DNA of 63,511 nt, filler included, from Octopus bimaculoides (GCF_001194135.2; 10 parts of 10 records of this genome joined end to end with filler, not necessarily neighbours in it); one strand, 5' to 3'. Shown: positions 12,339 to 23,348, counted from the whole stretch's first letter. The notes: generated by a model from the letters alone, not told the origin. Translations and numbers: made by a program.

Positions 12339-12799
12339 TTGTAAAAAAAAAAAAAAAACTTTAACACGAAATAACTTTAAAATATATAACCTTTTCTCAA
12401 CAACACTAAGAGTAAAAGATGTTTTATATGACACATTCTACCAGTGTCCCAAGTTTGAAAGTGTTTCGTTTGAAAACAATGGTGTCCGCCAAATCAGAAA
12501 GATCCCACAAACTGTTTGTTATTTTTTTTTTTCAAAGAACGTTATTCACAAACATTGTTCCTGTGCATGTTTTCACATTGTATTTTCATTTTCCATGTTT
12601 TGCATTTAATTTGATGTGCATAGCTGTGTAGCTAAAGGTTTACTGCGCCAAACTCTGCAATTATATTCTATATCTATCATGATGCATGTATTGCTTTTTC
12701 TATTTTACTACCTGTCTGCAAGCACATGTTTCTGTTACCTCGATGTGTTTCGTATCTGCCCTGGATCGCTACATTCTGCTTATCGACTGTTCATCTGAG

Positions 12800-13755
12800 A
12801 GGGGAGTTATGTAGTGACCCCTGGCGGCTACGACGACAAGCGAAAAACAACTTCAAGACACAGTCCTAGAGGCGCAGAATTAATTAAGCAGGAAATAGAT
12901 AGATTACTTTCAGAGGACGTAATTCAGGGAAGCCGCATACCCACGCAAAGAGATGAGCATCAAAACAGTATTTTCCCATCTGCTCAACCTCTTTCCATTA
13001 TTTGGGTCATCAAGTTGCATCCACTCTGACAGAGAAACCCAATTTGATAATAAGAAGCTCCAGGACTTCTTTCACGCTAACGGGTCAATAGAAACTAGAA
13101 CATCTCCCTATCGACCTCAAAGCAACAGTCAATGTGAAAGGAAGACCATAAATCTAGCACTTAGTTCCCTACAACCAGATAAAGGATAATGGTTGACAGC
13201 TCTTCCTATGGTACTATCTGCCATGAGAGGACTCCTCTGTACAGCTACCAACACAAACCCTCATGAGCGAATGTTTAAATTTTCAAGATCATCGACAGTG
13301 CGAACCATTCTACCTGAATTTCTCCAGAATACCGGAAGCACAATACTGCATCGTTGGCATGTCAGAAATAAGGGGGATCCACTTGTAGAAAGTTGAATTG
13401 TTGGAAACGGGCGAATAGATACAATGTCAACACACAATCTCGCTCCAGCGGGAGAATCTTTCAATGAAGGAAGCAAAGATAACACACAAAAACGACCAGG
13501 GCTAACTAGACAAACTGTGTTCGATACAGAAAAAGATCCACGAATAATAAATCAACAAGGAAGTGACCCTGACTATACACCAATAGTCCGGCACGTGGAG
13601 ACGTGAGCTGATTAGCAAACTAGCGAAGAGGACCCGAAAGAGAATAGTACAGGCAACAAAACTTGCGAAAAATACCTGAACGAAAATAATACAAGTAACA
13701 AAGCGACAACTATTCAAGGACAAAAAGTAACGAGGAAATTGAGATCAGGACGCTT
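12800..13755 (+). mobile_element. Internally deleted Ty3/Gypsy pol remnant (RT start fused to integrase core and tail)
   Basis: TTSRHSPRGAELIKQEIDRLLSEDVIQGS resembles the RT N-terminus KSRRYS..FI..EI.RLL.EG.I.PS. RTSPYRPQSNSQCERK, WLTALPMVLSAMRGLLCTATNTNPHERMF and HVRNKGDPLVE correspond to integrase core and C-terminal motifs. Multiple stops. Confidence 0.85.
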
Positions 13756-13857
13756 TTTTTTTCTCTCAGGGGCTATACGCTTTGAATGCACCGTAACTAA
13801 CTTTTCACTCAGCATGGAAGATTGTTATGAATTTTAATATCCTATTATTAATTCCTT

Positions 13858-14232
13858 TAGCTTGCTTACCAACCACATGGTTTTGGGTTCAGTCCCACTG
13901 CGTGGCATCTTGGGCAAGTGTCTTCTACTATAGCCTCGGGCCGACCAAAGCCTTGTGAGTGGATTTGGTAGACGGAAACTGAAAGAAACCTGTCGTATAT
14001 ATGTGTGTGTATATATATATATATATGTATGTGAGTTTGTCCGCCCAACATCGCTTGACAACCGATGCTGGTGTGTTTACGTCCCCGTAACTTAGCGGTT
14101 CGGCAAACAAGATCGATAGAATAAGTACTAGGCTTCCAAAGAATAAGTCCTGGGGTCGATTTGCTCGACTAAAGGCGGTGCTCCAGCATGGCCGCAGTCA
14201 AATGACTGAAACAAGTAAAAGAGTAAAAGAGA
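13858..14232 (+). mobile_element. tRNA-derived SINE, family B (near full length)
   Basis: gggttcagtcccactgcgtggcatcttgggcaagtg head, internal (TA/TG)n, ccccgtaacttagcggttcggcaaa core and gactgaaacaagtaaaagagtaaaagag tail. Recurs at least 10 times in the window. Confidence 0.9.
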
Positions 14233-14490
14233 ATATATAAAAATATAGATGTCTTATTTTGTATTGAGTACAAAACTGCGGCAGTGTCGAATGACGTCGA
14301 CAGCTGGATGTTGTCTTCACCAAATATCAAACAACGCGTCTTAATTGTTGGACAGCTGTGGTTAACGGATTAGACGGCGATTAGATTAGAGTTTGAAGGA
14401 AAACCTTCTTTGAACTAGTTTATGACGATAGTTTTATAAGTATGTAATGATCTGAGATCTAACTCGCCTCACATTCTATATTCTTTGCTC

Positions 14491-15159
14491 GGATCTAGTT
14501 TGTTTGGTTGCCAGCATATCAAAAATTTAAGTTCAGCCAAATTTTTAAAAATTTGGCACAATAACATACTTTTCCAAACTGAATTGCTGGCGTTATTGAA
14601 ATTTTTCCAGGAAATTTTCTTTAAAAAGTTATGGACGTTTAAAGTTTGATCCTTTTCACCCAGTCAGGAAACAGAATATGGAAGCTGTCACTTTGTCAAC
14701 TATAGGCAAATCAAATTTTGCTCTCCGCTCGCCATATAATCCCTCATAAGTTTCTTTATTTTTTGCTATTTTCAGGAAAAAAAATGCGAATATGTATTCC
14801 ACTCATCGGAATTCATGCAATTGTCCAAAAATAAAACAAAAAAATTTTTGGGTGCATGATTTAAGGCCTGTTTGGCTGCTATTTTTAGCACATCTGACAA
14901 CCACTTCAATGAGTGGAAAATATTTGTCAATACGTGCTTTGTCGCACACAAAGGAATTCTCATGTCTCGCTTGTTACAATGGAAACAGGTATGAATGTGT
15001 TTGTGGTTTACGATTGGCTAAAAATACCCAAAATTTTCAATAACACTTTATTGATTTATAGCGAAAATAATTTTCACGTAGTTCATTACAATGAATATGA
15101 AATCAATTCGAACAGAATTGATGCCGGCGACCAAACATACTAGATCCCCTCCGCTTCCT
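14491..15159. mobile_element. Non-autonomous DNA element with about 30-bp inverted ends (Kolobok-like right end)
   Basis: ggatctagtttgtttggttgccagcat (14491) is the inverted match of atgccggcgaccaaacatactagatcc (15121-15147). The right end is ...CTTCCT followed by TTAA (15160-15163). The outermost left terminus is not recognisable. Confidence 0.55.
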
Positions 15160-15505
15160 TTAAGCCAACCAAGGCCATGCTGGGGCAAAAGCTCTATTGA
15201 TACTTTATAGCACCTTGGATGTTCTACTGCTATAGTTACCTCCCTTGCATCTGACCAAAAATCGTTTGTATTTATAAAATAAAAGAAAGTTCTGTAGAGA
15301 ATGGTGTTTGATAAAGCCTCCTCTTTAAATTGTTGGTTTTGTACCGAAATCAGAAATAATTATTAGTCAGGTGAAATGGAATCGAAGAATAACAGATAAT
15401 GTTGTGGATAGGGGCGAATTTGTAAAGGTTTAATGTACATACCATTGTTGTTCGATTTCTTTATATTTTAATGAAAGGAGAAGAGAGAATAGGGACGGAA
15501 TGTGG

Positions 15506-16471
15506 TTAATCTGTGGCTCGAAGTATCACATTTTTCTTCAAGGTAGAAAAAGAACTTGAAGCCCGATCCTCAGAAATCTGATTGCTTTCCTTAGAAACTT
15601 GTGAATTTATATCAAGTGATAATGATGAGATGTCACATTCTTCTTTGTTCCTTTCATAAACAGTGAGTAAACTTTTGATGAAAACAGAACCGCTTTCATC
15701 AGATCGGAAAGCTAGGTTTTCTGGAACAGTGGCAAAAGTAACATATAGATGTGGAACGTTGAAATATTTCTTGATATCTTTCTCAGTAGGATTAATTTCA
15801 CAAGTATTTACATAAATGAGTTTAGGTTTGTTTTTCAGGTGAGCACTCTTCTTTAGTGTTTTGTTAATAGAGGAATAAGGTAATTTCTCACCATCAATTC
15901 CAACAATATTCCCTAAAACCCCATGTGACATCAAGAACATAACGAAACAATCTTCACGGGCTGTACTTTCTGCAGCTTCTTTTAGAATTATATCTTCCAT
16001 TTCCTCGGCCGTTTTATTAGAATAAAGATGAACATCGAAATTGAAATCAGTGAAAAGTTTCGTAATACCCTCCACATCCTTTTCACTTCCGAACCTTTCC
16101 TGGTACTTCTCCTCATCGTCAAATTTCCCATTATTTATTAATATAACACGGCCATGTGTTTTGAATTTCATCGGGTAGACTGTCTGCTCGTCTAATAGTT
16201 TGAGTATTTCATTATGTTCTGACTTTTTCAAAGCCGACACAAATTCACGGGACCCATCTGGTAGTTTCTTATGTAGGATATTGTGTAACCGTCGCTTCTG
16301 ATTGTTAGAATCTCTTTCAGACATTATTCCATCTATATTGTTCTCAGTCAATAAACCATTGGCTAAAGCTTCATCTAAAAATGAATCTATATCGTCCAAA
16401 TATTTTACAAAATCAACTCGGAGTTTTTGAAATTGATTCTTAGAAATATAGTACAGTTGTTCAGCATTCAT
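15506..16471 (-). CDS. Single-exon CARD-domain caspase-like cysteine protease (clan CD, C14A-like), 321 aa, with atypical NTCEI active-site motif
   Basis: Open 321-codon ORF with an in-frame upstream TAA (16493-16495). Residues about 10-95 fit a CARD (LRVDFVKYLDDIDSFLDEALANGLLTE ... EFVSALKKSEHNEILKLL). Caspase motifs: YPM..HGRVILINN, RFGSEKD (R126), CFVMFLMSHG (H183), KPKLIYVNTC (C224), LYVTFAT.P..AFR (R256), GSVFI, STLKK. Confidence 0.93.
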   Translation of the reverse strand: MNAEQLYYISKNQFQKLRVDFVKYLDDIDSFLDEALANGLLTENNIDGIMSERDSNNQKRRLHNILHKKLPDGSREFVSALKKSEHNEILKLLDEQTVYPMKFKTHGRVILINNGKFDDEEKYQERFGSEKDVEGITKLFTDFNFDVHLYSNKTAEEMEDIILKEAAESTAREDCFVMFLMSHGVLGNIVGIDGEKLPYSSINKTLKKSAHLKNKPKLIYVNTCEINPTEKDIKKYFNVPHLYVTFATVPENLAFRSDESGSVFIKSLLTVYERNKEECDISSLSLDINSQVSKESNQISEDRASSSFSTLKKNVILRATD

Positions 16472-17689
16472 GTTTATATAAAACTTTGAATATTACAAGA
16501 ATGTGAAACTGTAAATAATACCAATTATTTCATGAGAAAAGAAAGCCAAACTGTCCACCTCTTAACCTCCTGGTTTACGAAGATAAACGTTTCGGGTTAT
16601 GTAGTCAGGTTACTTCGAAGACTTCAGGAACTAAGTCCAGTTATTTACAAACACATATATTTCAATGGCTCTTGTTAAATTTCCTTGACTCAATTAAATT
16701 TCCTTCAAAGTTCTGGATAGTTTTCCTCTGATGACATAAATTAGAGTTATTTTTTCTTTAGAAACCAATAACAACGAAATTACAAATATTTAAAGTTATC
16801 TAATTCCAGCGATTAAATTGTTTCACCAGAATACTTTTAGAAAATGTGCATTTGACATAGTTCTAACTGATTCTGTCCCATTGAAAACATTTGATCTTCT
16901 TGAGTCAGAGAAATATGCACCATTAAAATGAAGAGAAAGAAGGAAGTTATTTCTTACAGATTTTATTTTCCTGTTAATTCGATGTTACGGTCAGAATACA
17001 AAATGCTGTAGTAGTCGGCTGTTTTACAGTGCTAAGGGGAAAATAATAAAGACAAAACGAGCGCACATTTAGTAACAACTGAGTCTGTTGCAGATGTTAG
17101 GAAGAGGTGGTTTGCTAAAAATGCTATAACGTGCAGCAGCGTCTGAAAGCGAAAACGATTGTTCCCGAATATTCTGAGAGGATTCGAATTGTTGGATTGT
17201 TGAATGTGGATCGGAGTAGAATGGCAAATGAATTAGTTTACTTCTGTTAACTTGTATTTTACCCAAAAATGTTGAGTTAAACAATAGAACTTATCTAAGC
17301 TTAGCGGTTGACATTAACAAATTTCTAAGTCCTAATCCCAATAACGATGGAAAGGATCTGGTAGAAAAATCGAGGCTAGAGTTTCGATTTCCAGCTATGG
17401 ATCGAAGAGACGATTTCCATTATAATTTTGCTTGGTGATGATGAAAAGCTCGCTGGTTTATCCTTTATGAAGAATTACAAGGAGTTACAAGCAAGTAAAG
17501 TTGTGTAATTTCAAACAATCGAATGTCACCATTGTCCACACAGCGGAAGTTGAAACTATTATTCTGTTGTATCTCAAATCTGTAATCGGTTTTGCTCTTC
17601 ATGCTCTAGATTTCTTGCAATTTGGAGATTAACCTTTGTATACTTTTATAGTTAAATTTGACATATTGAGATACATATATCCTACTTTC

Positions 17690-18024
17690 AAAGAATTGAT
17701 AATTGTGTTTTTTCAGATCTGATCATGATTTCTTCAAGTAGACACAGATGTGTGAATAATCTTGATGGCTTCTATTATATCTGTGGCTCCTTCACACTTA
17801 TCCGTGAAAGGCGCAAAACCACATCACTTGTGACTCAAGCTCATAAAGCCTATTTTGGAATTCTCCGAGTTGATCAACACAAAACATGGGGCCCTCATAT
17901 TGTTTGTCATAACGGTGAGGAAATGCTTCGTGACTGGACAGCACAAAAAGCTTTGGCGAGAAAAATAGGCTTAAAGTATCTTATTCCAATATTCCTTCAA
18001 CAATGAGACCTATTGTGCACTCTG
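17690..18024 (+). mobile_element. DNA transposase N-terminal fragment, Chapaev3/CMC-like
   Basis: MISSSRHRCVNNLDGFYYICGSFT ... AYFGI..DQHKTWGPHIVC..L.DWT, followed after a deletion and frameshift by KNRLKVSYSNIPSTMRPIVHS. An acceptor-like ttttttcag precedes the ATG. The family assignment is from motif recall. Confidence 0.65.
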
Positions 18025-18124
18025 NNNNNNNNNNNNNNNNNNNNNNNNNNNNNNNNNNNNNNNNNNNNTTAATTAATTAANNNNNNNNNNNNNNNNNNNN
18101 NNNNNNNNNNNNNNNNNNNNNNNN

Positions 18125-18187
<63 letters not shown>

Positions 18188-18536
18188 TTCTCTTTTATAT
18201 ATATATGAAAGTATCCCTGTCTGTAGTTCTCTTTGTCTCTCATATTCCCTATGTGTCTATCACTTCCTGTTTCCTCGCCTTCCCTGATGTCAGTCACCCT
18301 CATTATTCCACATTTCCCTGAATCTAACACTTTTGCACCCCTCTCATTTTATCATGCAATAGCCCAACCCTCGTAGTCAGTCGATTATCAATCTTTATTG
18401 AAATCCAATTAGCCTACAATTGAACTGGATGTTAGTTCAACATGTATACAAAGTTTGGTAAAGATTTGTTCTCTGGTTTCGGCAGCAAGATGGTAACAGA
18501 CAGATAGACAGACAGAAATTGCTATTTATATATAAA

Positions 18537-18580
<44 letters not shown>

Positions 18581-20705
18581 AATAATAAATGAGTATATGC
18601 ATATATACGTACAGGTATGTGCATACCTACGTCTACCTGTATATATAGGTGCATATCTGGGTACAGGACATTGCAAACAAAACGTAGACAAGAAAATAAT
18701 AATAACCAGAGTACAGAAAACACACAAGCCACATAGAGAACATTTTCCTTCATCAGCTNNNNNNNNNNNNNNNNNNNNNNNNNNNNNNNNNNNNNNNNNN
18801 NNNNNNNNNNNNNNNNNNNNNNNNNNNNNNNNNNNNNNNNNNNNNNNNNNNNNNNNNNNNNNNNNNNNNNNNNNNNNNNNNNNNNNNNNNNNNNNNNNNN
18901 NNNNNNNNNNNNNNNNNNNNNNNNNNNNNNNNNNNNNNNNNNNNNNNNNNNNNNNNNNNNNNNNNNNNNNNNNNNNNNNNNNNNNNNNNNNNNNNNNNNN
19001 NNNNNNNNNNNNNNNNNNNNNNNNNNNNNNNNNNNNNNNNNNNNNNNNNNNNNNNNNNNNNNNNNNNNNNNNNNNNNNNNNNNNNNNNNNNNNNNNNNNN
19101 NNNNNNNNNNNNNNNNNNNNNNNNNNNNNNNNNNNNNNNNNNNNNNNNNNNNNNNNNNNNNNNNNNNNNNNNNNNNNNNNNNNNNNNNNNNNNNNNNNNN
19201 NNNNNNNNNNNNNNNNNNNNNNNNNNNNNNNNNNNNNNNNNNNNNNNNNNNNNNNNNNNNNNNNNNNNNNNNNNNNNNNNNNNNNNNNNNNNNNNNNNNN
19301 NNNNNNNNNNNNNNNNNNNNNNNNNNNNNNNNNNNNNNNNNNNNNNNNNNNNNNNNNNNNNNNNNNNNNNNNNNNNNNNNNNNNNNNNNNNNNNNNNNNN
19401 NNNNNNNNNNNNNNNNNNNNNNNNNNNNNGTTATATCAGTACAACAAGACATTTTGGACAGCCGAAGGTGGGTGAATGGTGGTTGGTGAAGGCGCCAATG
19501 TGATTTAAGAAAAAGGAAACGGATTGTATTAAATTAGTTACAGAAATGCCAAACCTTTTTTCTTTGCACTTCCATGTTTTATGGACTTAGGTATTTGTTT
19601 ACGAAGACAAAGACACAATGAAAAATATGCGCATGCATAAGTATAATGAAATATAAAATAATAAATATGTGCTTGTGTGTTTGTGTTTGTGTGTATGTGT
19701 ACGTATTTGTGTGTGTGTTTATTTGTATTTCTGTGTGTGCGTGCGTATGTGTGTGTGTGTATGCGTTTGAGGCCATATAGAAAATTCTTTGACAGATTTT
19801 TCTCAGGTAATTTAAAGACATTTGGGTCCTAAAATAATGATGTCATTGGCCGACGGCGAAATTTCAGTGGAGGATCAGAAAGGGTATATTAAAAAAAGAA
19901 AGAAAGAAAGAAAGAAAGGAAGGAAAATAATTCATGGAGTGTTGTTTTACTTTCCTGGCACCAGGTTTTTCTCACGAAGCAATACTGTGGAGAACAAATA
20001 AAAAAACAACACGCTCAAACATAAATGTTTAACGTATATATGTATACACACACACACACATAATGTATGTAGGTGTATGTATATATATATATGTGTGTGT
20101 GTGTGTGAGTGTGTGTGTTTAAACTAATAAAAAACAAAATAATAAAACATAAAAGGTCATATAACTTACAAACGTGACAGGTTTTCTTATATTTCTTTAA
20201 CAGGCTTTTAATATTAAGAACTCCACCCAATTGTGGGTATTTTATGACACGGAACTAATGATATAGGATTAACTATTCACAAGGAAAACTCTGTGTGTGT
20301 GTGTGTAGTTGGTGTTGTAACAGTCATTTTGTTGTTACTAGTATAGTGAAAGATAGTAGCCGTTGTTTTATTTTAATGTTTGGATACTCTCCGTTTGGCT
20401 AAGATATTCCTAAAATGCTTTACCCCACTTTATAATTTTATGTGTAGATTGAACAACGGTAACTGGTTCAGTTGGGAATATGGCTTTTCCTTTATAAACT
20501 CTTCTGAATTCGCTAATGTCACGCTACGCTGCACATTCCCACAGGTACCCAATAAAAAAACTGGAAGTGCATACGTGTGTTCGTTTGTTTGTTTCTATAG
20601 AAACAGATGTGTTTGCGTATGTAGATATACGTATATGTGTATATGTATGGATGTAGGTATCCGTATATGTACGTATTTATTTATGTGTACGTATCTTTAT
20701 CGTTT

Positions 20706-20915
20706 ATCTTTTACTTGTTTCAGTCGTTAAACTACAGCCATGCTGGGGCACCGCCTTGAAGAGTTTTTAGTCGAGCGAATCAACCCCACTCCTGTTTTTT
20801 TTTTTTGTTTTTTTTTTTTTGCTAAACCTGGTACTTATTTTATCAGGGTCTTTTGCCAAACCGCAAATCACGGGACGCAAATACACCAACACCAGTTTTC
20901 AAGTGGTGGTGGGGG
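20706..20915 (-). mobile_element. SINE family B, 3' half
   Basis: ttttacttgtttcagtc ... gccatgctggggcaccgccttgaag, the antisense tail of family B. Confidence 0.8.
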
Positions 20916-21357
20916 AACACNNNNNNNNNNNNNNNNNNNNNNNNNNNNNNNNNNNNNNNNNNNNTTAATTAATTAANNNNNNNNNNNNNNNNNNNNNNNN
21001 NNNNNNNNNNNNNNNNNNNNATATATATATATATATATATATATAATGTATGTATATGCATGTATATATGTCTATGTAGGTGGCAGTAATGGAACTGAAC
21101 TCGAAACCGCGTACAAAGCGAGCTTCTTAACCACACAGTCATGCCTTCATTAATTATATCCCACCTTTCACATATGAACTTGTTTATAATTATTTATCTT
21201 CTCCTTTACCTGTAATGTAAGCAAGACAAATTAGTCTATTATTAATTTATTATAATGCCTATAAATGTCATCTGTTCTATTTCAAGTGTTTGAAAGCCTT
21301 TCTTTAAGATGATGTATGTGTATATTACATAGATATGTATACATGTGTATAAATGGG

Positions 21358-21400
<43 letters not shown>

Positions 21401-21751
21401 AAGTTTATATGTGAGCGTGCGTGCGCGTATTAAGATGGGAAAAAACCCGGTATTAAGCTCCCTACATGTATAAGACACTTGATACAGGTCACATGGGGAT
21501 ATACGTCACATGGGGTAAACAAGACCAGTAGCTCCGTCAACTTCAGGAAAGACGAGCTTTAGATCAGAAGAGACATTGGCGGAACATTACAACTGGCCTT
21601 TTCTAACCGAATGTTTTGTTGTTAAAATTAATGTGGAATAACCCGGTTATACAACTCCAATACCGAATGTATTTTAACAGCTTTTTTTTTTTTTTTTACA
21701 TTTCCTAATAATACTTCCTGGAGTTTTAAAGTCATCGAATGGCAGTGAGTG

Positions 21752-22153
21752 GGCGATCTTTCGGTACGATTACCTAAATATCGGCCTTTTCCGTAAAAAG
21801 TGTCTTCGGCGATCTTTACCAAAGATCGGCCTTTTCCGTAACACCCGCACGGTCTTCACCACGGTGTTAGGGTTAGGGCTTTGTATCAGGGTTAGGGTCT
21901 TAGGGTTAGGGTTTTAGGGTTAGGGTTAGTGTTTAGGGTTAGGGTTACGGTTACGCTTAGGGACGGAATTCCCTAACGCAAACCCTAAAACCCAGCCCTA
22001 ACCGTAAACCTAACCCTAACCCTAACTGTAAACCCTTCAAAATAAATCGCGCTCTCTGTATGTCTTTCGCTGTTATGACATAGTTTCCCTGTTTCTCTCC
22101 AACACTTTTTACGGAAAAGGCCGATATTTAGGTAATGGTACCGAAAGATCGCC
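21752..22153. mobile_element. 402-bp MITE with 52-bp TIRs, 8-bp TSD and an internal head-to-head telomere-like array
   Basis: TIRs at 21752-21803 and 22102-22153 are 51/52 complementary. AGTGAGTG is duplicated at 21744-21751 and 22154-22161. The interior holds 10 exact TTAGGG units (21867-21962) followed by 5 exact CCCTAA units (21971-22025). Confidence 0.93.
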
Positions 22154-22407
22154 AGTGAGTGTCCTAAGGAGTATAATAAGATTCAAAAGGGGTCCATTGG
22201 TAAAAGATAATGGAGAACCACTGGTTTAATCCGAAACGACAGAGGAAACTGGTTTGGCCAAACAAATACTCAAATCATAGTTTGTCTACGATAATAATTC
22301 AAGCGAGACCCTTGGTTGAGACACAAGTATTTAGCTTAAAGACCATGGCAACAAGGTATCCCTCTGTCTCGTACATAATATTCCTTTCTACACCCAAACC
22401 CTAATTT

Positions 22408-22580
22408 GGAGTGGGGAAGGTTTTAGTTAATTATATCGATGTCAGCGCTCAACTGGGACTTCTTTTATCAACGTCGAATGATATGAAAGTTACTGTCGAT
22501 CTCGGTGGTATTTGAACTCGGAACGGAAAGACAGACGAAATTTTGTCCGTCGTGCTAACGGCTCTGCCAGCAGGCCGCCC
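22408..22580 (-). mobile_element. SINE family A, diverged
   Basis: aactgggacttcttttatcaacgtcgaatgatatgaaag ... atttgaactcggaacg ... cgtgctaacggctctgccag. Confidence 0.75.
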
Positions 22581-22661
22581 CCATCTCGTTTATCATATTA
22601 AGAATATAATGATATTCAAGCCCCGAACATTGAATTGAAGGTTCGGTGGCTCAATACTTTT

Positions 22662-22724
<63 letters not shown>

Positions 22725-22948
22725 NNNNNNNNNNNNNNNNNNNNNNNNNNNNNNNNNNNNNNNNNNNNNNNNNNNNNNNNNNNNNNNNNNNNNNNNNNNN
22801 NNNNNNNNNNNNNNNNNNNNNNNNNNNNNNNNNNNNNNNNNNNNNNNNNNNNNNNNNNNNNNNNNNNNNNNNNNNNNNNNNNNNNNNNNNNNNNNNNNNN
22901 NNNNNNNNATATATATATATATATATATATATATACGTGTGAATATAT

Positions 22949-23348
22949 TCTTTTATTCTTTTACTTGTTTCAGTCATTTGATTGCGGCCATGCTGGAGCA
23001 CCACTTTAAGAAGTTATAGTCGAACAAATCGATCCCAGGAAGTATTCTTTGTAACCCTAGTACTTATTGTATCGATCAATTTTGCCGAACCGCTAAGTTA
23101 CGGGCACGTAAACCCACCAACATTAGTTGTCAGGCGATGTCGGTGGAGGGGACAAATACAGACACAAACATATACATATATAAATATATATGTATATAAG
23201 GCGGGCTTCTTTCAGTTTCCGTCTACCAGATCCACTCATAAAGCTTTGGTCAGCCCGAGGCTATAGTAGGAGATATTTGCCCAAGGTGACACACAGCGGG
23301 ACTAAATCCAAAATGATGTGGTTGGGAAGCAAGCTTCTTACCACACCA
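22949..23348 (-). mobile_element. SINE family B (near full length)
   Basis: Reverse complement of the 13858 copy, including tttgccgaaccgctaagttacggg and gggcttctttcagtttccgtctacc. Confidence 0.88.

Noticed and set aside
18519-19475. Long ORFs spanning N runs (also 27854-28684, 29614-31077, 35214-36407, 46959-48172, 57943-59130, 60352-60919)
   Set aside because: Open only because N codons are untranslatable and the flanks are (TA)n/(CA)n.
21867-22025. Ancient telomere-telomere chromosome fusion site
   Set aside because: The array is short and enclosed by matched TIRs and a TSD, so it arrived as part of a transposon.
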